64,000 nt of DNA from Octopus vulgaris (taxonomy: Eukaryota). Every line of letters starts with the position of its first letter. Positions within the stretch are counted from its first letter, which is position 1. The notes under the pieces were generated by a model that worked only from the letters and a program-made list of their open reading frames with translations, was not told the origin of the DNA and did not search any database. A program made the position numbers and the translations under genes. Positions 1 to 12,917 of the stretch are shown here, piece by piece. The stretch covers positions 26,226,001 through 26,290,000 of the forward strand of contig OX597817.1 of assembly GCA_951406725.2 (NCBI GenBank), read 5' to 3'.

Positions 1-397
1 GAAGTATATTTTAAGACATATGGTAAATAATAAGAAAGAAAGTATGACGTACGTAACAATCTACATACACAGATAATAATTTATTAAATAGAAGGAAAAT
101 TGTCAGGTTGGAACTGTTTATTTATGAAAGCAGTTCTATTTCTTATATATTTTCCCAGTTGTACCATGCCAGCTTTTACAGCCAATGATATATGTCTTGT
201 AAAGTCATTAAAGAATAATATTCAGAACCTACTTTATTTACCATGTCACCAAAGAACAACCGCTGGTTTCATGTCTTTACCAAAAGGTTTCTGTGTTTCT
301 ACAGTTTAAAATAATCATCAAGTTCTTTGTTTAAGGATACTTCAGCTTACATATAATGATTAGTCACAAGTGAGATTGCTGTTGTTTCAGTTATTCA

Positions 398-630
398 AGG
401 CGGCGAGCTGGCAGAAACATTAGCACGCCGGGCGAAATGCTTAGCAGTATTTCGTCTGTCGCTACGTTCTGAGTTCAAATTCCGCCAAGGTCGACTTTAC
501 CTTTCATCCTTTTGGGGTCGATTAAATAAGTACCAGTTACGCACTGGGGTCGATATAATCGACTTAATCCGTTTGTCTGTCCTTGTTTGTCCTCTCTATG
601 TTTAGCCCCTTGTGGGTAGTAAAGAAATAA
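398..630 (+). mobile_element. tRNA-derived SINE, family A, full length
   Basis: Head aaggcggcgagctggcagaaac, B-box gagttcaaattcc, central ctttcatcctttnggggtcgat, tail gccccttgtgggtagtaaagaaata. Flanked by the direct repeat agttattcaa (TSD). Many near-identical copies in the window. Confidence 0.9.
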
Positions 631-911
631 GTTATTCAACACATACTGCACACAAAGCATATAATTGCTTTTGCTTTCCTCACAACATTTATTGCTGTTA
701 CTTAACACTAGGTCAGACTTAACAGGGCATGTCTATGGTCAAAGTCACTCTGTTTACAACCATCCAATCGTTTGTCCAGTGAAATAGTGCCTTATCCATG
801 ACTACATTATTCTTTAAGACATTAGAGAGTCATTTGAAATTAATGTACTGTTAAACAGTTTCTTCATTAATTCATAAATACTATTCTAAATAATGCCACT
901 GATGACAGCAT

Positions 912-1072
912 TCATCATCATCATCATCATCATCGTTTAACGTCCACTTTCCATGTGAGCATGGGTTGGATGATTTGACTGAGGTCTGGCGAACCAGATG
1001 GCTGCAACAGGCTCCAATCTGATCTGGCATGCCCTTCCTAATGATAACCACTCCAAGAGTGAAGTGGGTGCA
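912..1072 (-). mobile_element. 3' UTR remnant of RTE-like LINE (family D) with (ATG)n tail
   Basis: (CAT)n followed by cgtttaacgtccactttccatg...ggttgga...cttcctaatg...accactcc; the same sequence recurs about 10 times in the window. Confidence 0.8.
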
Positions 1073-1133
1073 AGTTATGAATACTAATGATAATGCTGAA
1101 AAATATTTTTGATACAGTTGTATTGAGTATGTA

Positions 1134-1700
1134 TTGGGTTGTCTGGAAAGTTCGTGTCAATTTTTTAAGGAAAGAAAAAAGGGCAATAAATACTTGCCAT
1201 TACATTTTTAATCAACCAAATATGAACCATTTTGTTGCACAATGCATCTCCATCTTGCCTTTAACTTGAAAATACCCTCTTCCCAGAATTGAGGTGGTTT
1301 CATGGCAAAAAATTCATCAAGGTATTTTTTTACATCATCCAAGGAATTGAAATTTTTACTATTAAAATGATTCTGCAGAGACCTGTATAAGTGGAAATCT
1401 GAAGGAGCAATATCTAGTGAATATGGAAGGTTGGATAACACATCCTAGCCAAGCTGCAGCAATTTTTGTCTGGTTCCCTAAGCATCAAGTGCTGAAAATG
1501 AACTTTCTTATCTTCCATTTTAAAGTGTTACAGAATTAACACAGGTTATAAGAACATAAATCTTCTTCCACGAAAAGATAGCTTAAACTGTGCTCTAAAT
1601 GGAGGTGTAGACAAATCCTATTTTATGGACTCAGTCATGTTCTAAAATATGTGGAAAGGTAAGGTACTATAAATCGGCACGAACTTTCCGGACAACCCAA
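1134..1700 (-). mobile_element. Internally deleted mariner transposon (non-autonomous)
   Basis: TIRs ttgggttgtctggaaagttcgtg / cacgaactttccggacaacccaa with TA TSDs. ORF 1208-1441 encodes the mariner C-terminus (PYSLDIAPSDFHL...GIFKLKARWRCIVQQNGSYLVD) without the central catalytic region. Confidence 0.92.
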
Positions 1701-2010
1701 TATATCTTACTGTGTCCTATATCCTAGGCTTATAGTAAATATTCTATGTCTCTGCATGTCATACGAAACAACAAAAGCTGTAAAATAACACCTCGGGAAA
1801 CCTAATCAATTCATGCCAACAAAGAAAGGTAAACATAAAAACAGAGATGGATTAATGTATTAAGTATATACGAATGTATTAAAATGTATATTTGTATGTT
1901 TGAGTATGGCTTTGATTATTATATTTATAATTCAAATGGTCAGCCATGTAAGTCGTACTTCTGCCTGAAGTTTAAGGGAAAACTATTATTGAAAAATAAT
2001 ATAAATAAGA

Positions 2011-2415
2011 TAGGCGCAGGAGTGGCTGGTGGTAAGTAGCTTGTTTACTAACCACATGGTTCCGGGTTCAGAACCACTGCGTGGCACCTTGGGCAAGTGT
2101 CTTCTACTATAGCCTCGGGCCAACCAATGCCTTGTGAGTGGATTTGGTAGACGGAAACTGAAAGAAGCCCATCGTATATATGTATATATATATGTGTGTG
2201 TTTGTGTGTCTGTGTTTGCCCCCTAGCACTGCTTGACAACCGATGCTGGTGTGTTTACGTCGCCGTTACTTAGCGGTTCGGCAAAAGAGACCGATAGAAT
2301 AAGTACTGAGCTTACAAAACGAATAAGTCCCGGGGTCGAGTTGCTCGATTAAAGGCGGTGCTCCAGCATGGCCGCAGTCAAATGACTGAAACAAGTAAAA
2401 GAGTAAAGAGAGTAA
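2011..2415 (+). mobile_element. tRNA-derived CORE-like SINE, family B
   Basis: Head taggcgcaggagtggct..ggtaag, B-box-like ggttca, CORE-like accttgggcaagt, internal TA/TG microsatellite, tail ggcggtgctccagcatggccgcagtcaaatgactgaaacaagtaaaagag. Confidence 0.9.
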
Positions 2416-2854
2416 ACAAAACAGGGGCTCAAAAGTAGTGTGTTAGCTTTCTAGTCAAAATATGTTGTATATCTATCACTCTCTGTTGGATAAAAGGAGA
2501 GACAATCACACATGTTGAGATATACTAAGAAGGAAATATAGTTCTATCAAATTCTTAAGTTCTCTCTAGCATTGCAACAGTTTCTCAATACCTGCAAAGA
2601 TCACTGATGTGCCCACTTGAAGGGGACAAGATCTTTGCAGAAGTTAACCAATTGTTAGTGATACTTTCAAATGTCAGATGATGAAGATTAAAGCACCAGC
2701 TACAGTAATAAGTATAAATTCATTCAATTAGTTCTTACAGTTCTAGTTTATCAATTTTTAAAGAACTGATTGCAAAATGTAAGATGGGGATATAACAGAC
2801 ATGGAGGAAATGAAGGAAAAAAAAAAAAAAAATTTTATTTGAAAGCTGAAACAA

Positions 2855-3460
2855 AACATACACAAACATACATGCATGCACACACACACACATACACACA
2901 CATGCATACACAGTCACACACATACACAAACATATACGCACAGTCATACACACAGTCACACACAGACACGCACATAGGCATACTTATTCACACACAGTCA
3001 CAGAGTTCACACACGTCCACAGTCACACACACATAGTCACACACACATAGTCACACACAGACACGCACATAGGCATACACATTCACACACAGTCACAGAG
3101 TCACACACATCCACAGTCACACACACATAGTCACACACACACGAGCGCGCGCGCACACGCACACATGCACACACGCACACACGCACACACACAAATACAC
3201 AGTCACACACATACACAAACACATACGCACAGTCACACACACAGTCACATACAGACACGCAAACAGGCATACACAGTCACACACAGTGAAAGAGTCACAA
3301 ACAGTCATACACAGTCACAGAGTCACACACAGTCACAGAGTCACACACATCTACAGCGACACACACACATAGTCACACACACATATGCACGTGCATACAC
3401 ACACACACACACATACATACACACTCACTCACACACATGCAAAAAATATATATATATATA
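2855..3460. repeat. Compound (CA)n-derived minisatellite (cacacacagt-type units)
   Basis: Degenerate tandem cagtcacaca / acacacatag units; explains the HT- and CV-rich ORFs. Confidence 0.85.
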
Positions 3461-3760
3461 TAACAGTGAAGGAAATGAAAGAAAGAACCAGAATGGAAGT
3501 GAACATGGGTGTCAATGATATCTGATGGTAACAAGTGGTTAGATCAAAACATAATATCATAAATCAATACCCTCACTCAAAGATGTTTTGAAATGCAATT
3601 AACAAATATAGTGCTGATGCATAAATCATATTCAGTAGTATTATTTGCAAAATGGATATAATGTTAATTTCATGCAGTAGTAATAATGAAAATATAAAGC
3701 AAGCCATAAATATTACACAAAGGAATCACTTATAGTAAACTAATAAAAAAAATAATAAAC

Positions 3761-4012
<252 letters not shown>

Positions 4013-4929
4013 ATGAATAACATAAAACTGTTTCACCAGATTACAATTTTGTTTATTTTCTCTCAGAAAATATTCTGGCTGTATATACATTTTAAAGTGT
4101 ATATGCTATGTATTTGGTGTATACATTTATGAACACTGATTGTGATGTATTTACATCCACTCGAGTTGAAAATAAAAAAAAAAGTTTCGACTAAAACTAA
4201 TAGCTGAATAGCTTTACAAAAATGTACAACATATGGTCAAAAGCTGATAACTTACCAAAAAATGTTGGATGGCCATAGATGGTTTCATTGCTGTAATTAT
4301 TGGTTTTGGAACTTGAACAAGTTGAGCCAATGATGTAAACTGTAAGATATATAAAGTGTATAAAATTTGCTAGAATATTGCTACCATTTATTAATTTTCT
4401 ATATTTATTTTTTTTTGTTTTAGATATAATATTTGAGATAGAAGAGTTTTTGACTAACAGCCTACTAAAGAACAGCAGGCTCAGGGAAATACAAGGTGAG
4501 AATATACGATATGGATGGTGTTGTTCAAAGATTTCGAAATTAATGAAAGTTATAGATGAGAGTGTGAATTTAACTGTCAAGCAAATTACATATAGGAAAT
4601 TAAATACAGGAGTGTTATCAAAAGCAATTTGGAGGAAGACAGTGCATTGTTAGAGTGTAATATATCAAGGAGACCAGGATGAACCAACAGCATTTGGGAG
4701 ATGAGATTATACCATAAACAAAAGAGAAAAAAAAAGGTAATTATGGCTACACACAGTCTATGGTAAGGATAAGTATTGGCGGCTATTAATAAGGATATTT
4801 TGTTAAACAACAAGTCTTGAATTATTGCTTGTAACTGGTACATGCACCTATATACATGAACACATACGTTCTCTCAAACACAATTATTCAAAGAATTCAC
4901 ATCATGCATGCACTGATGTATGTGACTCC

Positions 4930-4941
4930 CTCTTTCTCTCT

Positions 4942-4982
<41 letters not shown>

Positions 4983-5020
4983 TCTCTCTCTCTCTCACAC
5001 ACACACACATACATACACAT
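4930..5020. repeat. (TC)n(CA)n compound microsatellite
   Basis: Directly visible. Confidence 0.9.
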
Positions 5021-5368
5021 TGTCATTCACATCCCTATAAATGTCAATACAGAGTCTGTAAACTAGCAGAGAGACCTGTAATAGTGAATCAGATGAACTT
5101 AGCTGACTGATTGACTGGCTAAATGATTAATCAAACAACTGTTCTGATAATTTGTTAAATGAATATGTAGCTGATAAGTAAGAATGAAAAAATGAAATGG
5201 AACAAGTGCATGAGATTCTTATTGGCATAATGACCCTACCAAGATACAACAAAATATATAATGTCTAAAAATTAAATTTTAGCTGAGAGTTTCATCAATA
5301 TTATGGCTCCCACAAGTTTCAAGAAAAAGGATTTGCAAAAAGTTGAACAACTAGACCAATACTGTATG

Positions 5369-5772
5369 AAGGTGCAGGAGTGGCTGTGTGGTAAGTAGTT
5401 TGCTTACGAACCATATGGTTCCAGGTTCAGTCCCATTGCGTGGCACCTTGGGCAACTGTCTTCTACTATGGCCTCAGGCTGACCAAAGCCTTGTGAGTGG
5501 ATTTGATAGACAGAAACTGAAAGAAGCCTGTCATATATATGGATATGTATATATATTTGTGTGTGTGTTTGTGTATCTGTGTTTGTGCCCCCCAACATCA
5601 CTTGACAACCAATGCTGGTGTGTCTACGTCCCCGTAACTTAGTGGTTCGGCAAAAGAGACCGATAGAATAAGTAATAGGCTTACAAAGAATAAATTCTGG
5701 GGTCAGTTTGCTCGGCTAAAGACGATACTCCAGCATGGCCACAGTCAAATAATTGAAACAAGTAAAAGAGTA
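5369..5772 (+). mobile_element. SINE family B
   Basis: Colinear with the 2011-2415 copy. Confidence 0.9.
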
Positions 5773-5959
5773 CATGTAAAGTTGAACCATGAATAAGGAA
5801 AGAGAGAGAATCTGGGAGATAGACTTCTCCAGTTCATCAAAATCATGGATTACAGTTCTATTTTTATTACAAGATTTAAAGGCTGTATACAAAGAGGCAT
5901 TCAGATAATCTGCTCAAATAAATATTGTGTATGGTAAACCATGTAAATAAACGTTTCAA

Positions 5960-6180
5960 ATAACAGTTTCAAATTTTGGTACAAGGCCAGAAAGATTGGT
6001 GATATGTGTTAGTCAATTACATTAATTCCAGTACTCAAATGGTACTTATTTTATGGATCCCAAAAGGATGAAAGGAAAAATTTGACCCCTGTGGCATCTT
6101 ATCTTAGAACGTAAAGATGGATGAAATGCTGCTAAACATTTTTCCCAGCACAGTAACCATTCTACCAGTTCACTACCTTA
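5960..6180 (-). mobile_element. Old degenerate SINE family A-related copy
   Basis: ggtacttatttt..cccaaaaggatgaaagg..ttgacc...agaacgtaa...ttctaccagttcactacctt is the reverse complement of the family A head and core. Confidence 0.6.
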
Positions 6181-6276
6181 CATAAGTTTCAAAGAATAAT
6201 TTTGTATATATTTTATCCCATGCTGAATTACTTGGTACAAACAGCTGAATCAAAAGATATTAAAATATAGTCAATA

Positions 6277-6711
6277 GGCTGTGTGGTAAGTAGCTTGCTT
6301 ACGAACCATATGGTTCCGGGTTCAGTCCCACTGCGTGGCACCTTGGGCAAGTGTCTTCTACTATAGCCTCGGGCCAACCAAAGCCTTGTGAGTGGATTTG
6401 CTATTGGAAACTGAAAGAAGCCTATCGTATATATGTAAATATATATGTATATGTGTGTATATGTTTGTGTGTATATATGTTTGTGTGTGTATATGTTTGT
6501 GTGTCTGTGTTTGTCCCCCCAACATTGCTTGACAACCAATGCTGGTGTGTTTATGTCCCTGTAACTTAGCAGTTCAGCAAAAGAGACCAATAGAATAAGT
6601 ACTAGGCTTACAAAGAATAAGTCCTGAGGTTGATTGGCTTGACTAAAGGCGGTGCTCCAGCATGGCCACAGTCACATGACTGAAACAAGTAAAAGAGTAA
6701 AAGAGAGAGTA
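6277..6711 (+). mobile_element. SINE family B
   Basis: Colinear with other family B copies; the 5' few bases are missing. Confidence 0.9.
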
Positions 6712-6829
6712 AGAATAAATTTGTTTAATTGATAACTCATTTCATGTAGAAATTTATTCAGCTTTAGAAATAACTGTCAATATCATTGTTATAAATGAAT
6801 AAAGTATACATCATAGAACATTGTATTCT

Positions 6830-7690
6830 ATATGGATGAGTAAAAAATAAGTAACGTTTTGATACATGAAATTCATCACAATATATTTCAACAATGCAGA
6901 AATGTTGTTCATCAAAGTAAATACCATTACAATTAACACATATTTGCCGACAAGTTACAAGTTTGTTTATTCTGGTAACAAAAAAATCTGGAGTTCTGGA
7001 GCTGATGAAGTCTTTGAATGCACTTTCAGGATCTGTTTAGTTTTTTAATTCTTTCTCTTGCAAGAATCCATCAAGGTGTTTCAAAAAGTGGTAGTTGGTA
7101 AGAGAAAGGTTTTGGGAATAAGCTAGGTGGGGAAGAACTTCATAGCCGAGTTTCCTCAAATTCTGGAGCATCATTAGTGAAACGTGTGGTCGAGCATTGT
7201 CATGAAGAATGATTGGCCTTATTCTGTTGACCAGTCTGGGATGGAGAAGTAGTAGTTTTTCATTCATTTTGGCAAGTTCATGGCAATATGTTTTTGCAGT
7301 AATGATTTTTTTTTCCAGGTTTTAAGAAGTTATAGTGGATGAGTCCAGCAGTACACCACCAAACAGTCACCATAATCTTCTTTTTGAAGAGCTCAGGTTT
7401 AGAAAAGGTTCTCAGGACTTCATTTTGGTCCAAAGACTCTAAAGAAAGTTTTTTTTTATTGAACAGAATCCACTTTTCATCACAAGTTAACTGTAATAAG
7501 ATGTTCTCTTCACTACCAGGATTTTAAGTGTATGATATCTTTCCAATACATTTGAGTAAGGTTCATCAATCACAGAACTCAGCTCTTGCAAATCTTGTGT
7601 GTGGAGCTTCATCAATGGAAACTTCAAGTTCCAATTTTCTCTTGTAATTAAGAAAACAGTTCACAACATAGCTAAGGAAAACAAATGTTT
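6830..7690 (-). mobile_element. Degenerate mariner transposase relic
   Basis: ORF 7037-7267 has ILHDNARPHVS...VLPHLAYSQNLSLTNYHFLKHL, matching the mariner DD34D motifs HDNARPH and YSPDLxPxDYHLF in decayed form. Boundaries uncertain. Confidence 0.75.
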
Positions 7691-7837
7691 CCCAATTAAT
7701 AACTTCGTTCTTAGTGTCTACACATCTACTTCTCACTAAATATTTTGTTATAGATATAACTGGTCAACCGTTTAGTGTCTAAATGAACCAACAGCTGAAC
7801 ACATCCTAGATATATCGATAATAAGTAAACTAAGTAT

Positions 7838-7977
7838 GTCATCATCATCTTCATTGGCATCATTGTTGTTGTCATCATCTTTACATCATTGTCATCATCA
7901 TCATCATCATCAACAGTATCATCATCATCATCGTAATCATCATTATCATTCTCCTCCATATCCTCATCGTTATCACT

Positions 7978-8015
<38 letters not shown>

Positions 8016-8030
8016 AATCATCATCATCCT
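7838..8030. repeat. (CAT)n-rich trinucleotide repeat
   Basis: Directly visible; source of the poly-His, poly-Asp and poly-Met ORFs. Confidence 0.9.
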
Positions 8031-8599
8031 CTCAGCTTCAGTCAAGTTTCCCCATGCTTCTGCACATGTATGCTCAGGCCTAGGTAATACATGTTCTAAG
8101 GGAGACTGGTAGTGGCCCATGGAGGACATGTTTTCACTTTCACAAGGAACATTGCTGAGTAGATGATATAACACGGAACCAGAGTTCCTACAAATGCTCT
8201 CTCAGAATGCAGAGTCAAAATAGATGCAGTTTGACATCTTGCTCAACTCTAAAACAGTTCTATCAATCCGCTGCCCACCATCGGTACTTTTACATTAACC
8301 CCAAAAGGATGTAATGCAAAGCTGGCTTTGACATCATTTGAACTCAAAGCACAGAGAGCTCAGTAAGTACTACAAGCCGTTCTTTTCAAAACTTTCTCAT
8401 CTTTGTCAATTTGCCACTTTAGTTCAACAAACCGTAATCAATATAAACATAATTAATTAATTGCATAATTAATATCTTGGTAAACTGAAGTGCTGACTTA
8501 AAATGCAACAACAACTCTAGTTCAAAATAAATAATTTTAATTATGAATTGATGGATAAATTTACTTATGAAATGTCAAGATATTGATGCCTTTGTATGA

Positions 8600-9125
8600 T
8601 ATATTTATGTTAGATTTATGAGATATTTGTCTCACATGTATATCATGCCACATATAGTATATTTCTATCACATGTATATTTATGTTTCTCATGCAATACT
8701 TTTATGTCACATGTATCATATATTATCATCACATATGTATTTTATGTTATCACATGACATGATGTATCATATCATGTGTTTGATACCTCAATTTCATATG
8801 TAAAATAAATTTGTCTTGTATGTGATATATCTGCTTGTGTATGATTTATTTGTGTCTCATTTATGATATATTATCATTATATATAATATTAATGTTATCA
8901 CATACAAGATATATTATATCACGTGTTTGATGTCTCAGTTTCATATGTATGATAAATTTGTCTCATGTGTGATATATCTGCTTATGTATGATGCATTTTT
9001 ATCAGAGGTATATTTGTCAAATGTATGACAGATTTGTATTGTGTGTGGTATATTATGTCACATATGTGATACAGTTATGTCATGTATACTGATATCACAT
9101 ATAGGATATATTTATGCTACACATT
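8600..9125. repeat. Degenerate AT-rich minisatellite (tatgtcacatatgtat-like) with a higher-order duplication
   Basis: About 8740-8850 and 8890-8995 are near copies (atgttatcaca...tgtttgat..ctca.tttcatatgta..ataaatttgtct..tgtgatatatctgctt.tgtatgat). Confidence 0.65.
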
Positions 9126-9544
9126 AAAACATTTATACTACAAGATCAATTCATTTTAATCTTTTTATATCTTTGTATGCATGAATGAAATGTTGTAATT
9201 TATATTGATATGTGCCTGAAATTTGAAATTACAACATTCACTCACCCTAAATTCATATAAATCTTACTACAACTAAGCCATTGCTTACAAATGAAACATT
9301 TCACTTCCTCACCTTTGATACAGTGGAACCTCCAAGATGTAACAGCTAAAAGAGAGAGAGTAAGGCACCAGTTCCTGGTTGGTATTTATTTCAGCTGATG
9401 AGACGGGAGCAACATGAAATGAACTACTCTGCTCAGGAATACAATGCACCACCTGCTCCATCAATTGAACATGCTACCTTACGGTCAAGAGCGGGACACT
9501 AATCAATGGTCACACATGTTCACACACAGACATACACACATACT

Positions 9545-9933
9545 TTTTTTGTTGGCACTCCGTCGCTTACGATGACAAGGGTTCCAGTTAATCCGATCAA
9601 TGGAACAGCCAACTCATGAAATTAACGTGCAAGTGGCCGAGCTCTCCACAGATACATGTACCCTTAACGTAGTTCTCGGAGATATTCAGCGTGACACAGA
9701 ATGTGACAAGGCCGGCCCTTTGAATTACAGGCACAACAGAAACAGGAAGTAAGAGTGAGAGAAAGTTGTGGTGAAAGAGTACAGCAGGGTTTGCCACCAT
9801 CCCCTGCTGGAGCACCGTGGAGCTTTAGGTGTTTTCTCTCAATAAACACTCACAACGCCCGGTCTGGGAATTGAAACCATGATCCTATGACCACGAGTCC
9901 ACTGCCCTAACCACTGGGCCATTGCGCCTCCAC
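9545..9933 (-). mobile_element. tRNA-derived SINE, family C head with tail type 1
   Basis: Reverse complement of the head gtggaggcgcaatggcccagtggttagggcag...ggtttcaattcccagaccggg; tail ends ...gacggagtgccaacaaaaaa. Confidence 0.85.
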
Positions 9934-11311
9934 ACATATACACATATATAATACCAATGAAAATATCATTGTATAAATATTCATTTAAATATCAGCCTCA
10001 ACTTTGATCCAAATACTCCATCATGGCCTTGTATATGGTGATTAAACAAACCAAACAACTAAATAATTCTACTTCATATTCATTCCTACACCATATCACT
10101 TTTTGCTCATTAATTCATGGAAATCAAAAATTTTCAGCCTATCCTTGAAAACAATTGGTATATGTGTTTCATTTCTGTGGTAGTGAAAAACAACTATGTA
10201 AACTACATGGAAAAACGCACCAATTAATTTTTAAAAGTGATTTACTATATACTACAATTAGATTTCTCCAGCAATGGCAAAAAAGTGTCCAGGAAAGGAA
10301 TTCACTAGCAAACAAACAGTTAACCATTTCTATTTACAAAACAAAAATCTGCTCCAGCACAGCATAGGAAAATGTAAATTAGCTGAATAATATAACCCAT
10401 ACTGGCATAAACAACAGACAAAACTAGTGAGAGAAATAAATTTCATATTTTCATATTTAATCAAGGTTGAACAGATCTTAAACACATTTATGGAAAGAAG
10501 AAAGTTTTGTAATTTCAGAACAATTGTTGAAGTCTTTGAGTAATTGTCTACAGACCCTTTCATTCAAATATTTGTCTATATTTGCCAATTTTGTGATCAA
10601 TGGCGATAATTTCTTCCTAACATTTTCTTTTATAGAATTTTCTTTTTTCTTCTCCTAAATCTTTTATTGTACTTTACCTATTTTGCTTTTTCTTCAAGCA
10701 AGAATGCAGTCTTGTGAATGAAATGGCATCAATTTGAAGAAGACAGTACTATGAAATAATTTCTCAGTACAATGAGAAAACATATGTCTGTTTCATTCCA
10801 TCGACAGAACAAAACCCATTTTTCATATAGATAACACCTGTTTTTACAGCTAGACAACGTTATACAAAAGCATCAACCTTTGGGTTGGACTTTCAATTTT
10901 TCACCTGATTTCCTTGGTCTTTTCACTCTATGATTATTCCTTTAACTGAAGATTGGTACTAACAATCCATTGATGGAGAGATGGAATAAGAGAGAAAAAG
11001 GAAGGGAAGTAAAACAAACAGAAACATAACGAGATAATAAAGGTAAGAGAGAAACAGAGCATGAAAGAGAGAGTGAAAGAGAGAGTGAAAGAGAGAGGGA
11101 GAGATACAAGTGTGACAAGATCAGTATATCTAGTCAAGTAATTAAATAGGATAAAAGATGATGACGATGACGATGATGATGATGATGATGAGGAGGAGGA
11201 GGAGGATGACGACAATGATGATGGCATCTTACTAGTTAATCTATTCACTGAAGAAAAATAGAAAGAAAAAACATATACATATATCTGGGTATATGTGTAT
11301 ATCTCTATCTT

Positions 11312-11342
<31 letters not shown>

Positions 11343-11417
11343 AAAGGGCTTAGTAAAATAAATTACTTTGCCACATATATATATATATATATATACATGC
11401 ATACACATACACACAAT

Positions 11418-11451
<34 letters not shown>

Positions 11452-11696
11452 GCATGTGTGTGTATATATGTATAGACAATGCTCAATATGTAGTACAGAT
11501 CAAATGAATTTGAACTTAAACTCCAAATTCTTTATTCATGACTTGGTCCATGGTGCCAAGAGTGGCTATGAGAGAAATTCAAGGTGAGCTGATATGGAGG
11601 TAGGGATGCAAATAAACACAATTAGGTTTGACATATATACAGACAGGCCGACAGATACACAGAAAAATATACATATGGATATACATAAACACATAT

Positions 11697-11933
11697 ATCT
11701 ATTTCTTTACTACCCACAAGGGGCTAAACACAGAGGGGACAAACAAGGACAGATAAACAGATTAAGTCGATTACATCGACCCCAGTGTGTAACTGGTACT
11801 TAATTAATCGACCCCGAAAGGATGAAAGGCAAAGTCGACCTCGGCGGAATTTGAACTCAGAACGTAACGGCAGAAGAAATACGGCTACGCATTTCACCCG
11901 GTGTGCTAACGATTCTGCCAGCTCGCTGCCTTA
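11697..11933 (-). mobile_element. SINE family A, full length
   Basis: Reverse complement of family A; flanked by the 16-bp TSD taaacacatatatcta. Confidence 0.92.
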
Positions 11934-12593
11934 AACACATATATCTACATATATTCTGAAAGGTAAGCACACACACACACACATACACATTTACATACTG
12001 TGTAAAAGATAAAGAATATTAAGAAGAAAATACACAACCACTTTACTCAACAGCTGTTTCAAGGAGCCTGGATTTATGTAATAATTGTAATGCTCGTAAC
12101 TTGTAGACAGAATGTACAAGAAGTCTTGGGAATACAACCAGTAAACAGTCATATTAAAATAAGTCCAGTTCCCCTCATCAAGAGAAAGTTGGCTAAAGCA
12201 TTTCATAAAGTAGTGCCAGGGATTTAGAGGCTGAAGTGTGAGAGGAGGAAAGAATAAGAGCAAAAAGCAAGAAAGGGAAGGAGAATATAAGTGGTGTAGG
12301 GAGAAGAACAGAGGTAGAGAAGAAATGAAAGGCAGGGGAGAAGGAGGAGGATTTCTATGACAGAGGAAATGAACAGATGAAACAGAGAGGAGGGGAGAAG
12401 ATGAAATTGAGGTCAATGTGGTGAAAGGGAGTACCACTGGTGGTCAGGGAATCTCACTAATTAGAATTTAAATCAATTAGGGATGGTAGCTGGCTATACA
12501 AAAAGACAGAAAGATGTAAGCAATGAACAGGGGGCAAAGGTGCATTCCACTGAATTTAGGAAAATAATCCTTCGAACAGCTGGGTTCGGCTGC

Positions 12594-12636
12594 TCTGCAT
12601 TGATAAGGGGCAAATACCCTGAAACTAGTCTGAAGA
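12594..12636 (+). ncRNA. Minimal type-I hammerhead ribozyme-like motif (Penelope type), U3-A8 core variant
   Basis: tctgca-TTGATAA-gggg(caaata)ccct-GAAA-ctag-TC-tgaaga: stem I pairs 5 of 6, stem II is 4 bp, stem III is the palindrome actagt, and the cleavage triplet is GUC. Confidence 0.6.
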
Positions 12637-12854
12637 TGCCTGACCAGTAAGCGGAAGCAGTTGACCTCTCCTGTTTGAAGGTTATAATGGACACAGGTTC
12701 GTGTGTCACATAGCTAGCTAGAGGCAATGGCCTCTTGGAGCTAATCAATGGCAGCATTCGTCCTATATTTCTGGAATGCCATATTAGCTTTGCAATAACT
12801 GGTAATATCCAGTACTGCTGCCGTAGTCTCCTTTAGAGAGACTTAGAAATATCA

Positions 12855-12917
<63 letters not shown>

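Noticed and set aside
2048-2239. Recurrent peptide YDGLLSVSVYQIHSQG..PEAIVEDTCPRCHAVGLNP that looks like a multigene family
   Set aside because: It is the antisense translation of SINE family B.
9395-9425. ctgatga...gaaa hammerhead-like words
   Set aside because: No stems form, and it lies in a degenerate antisense SINE.
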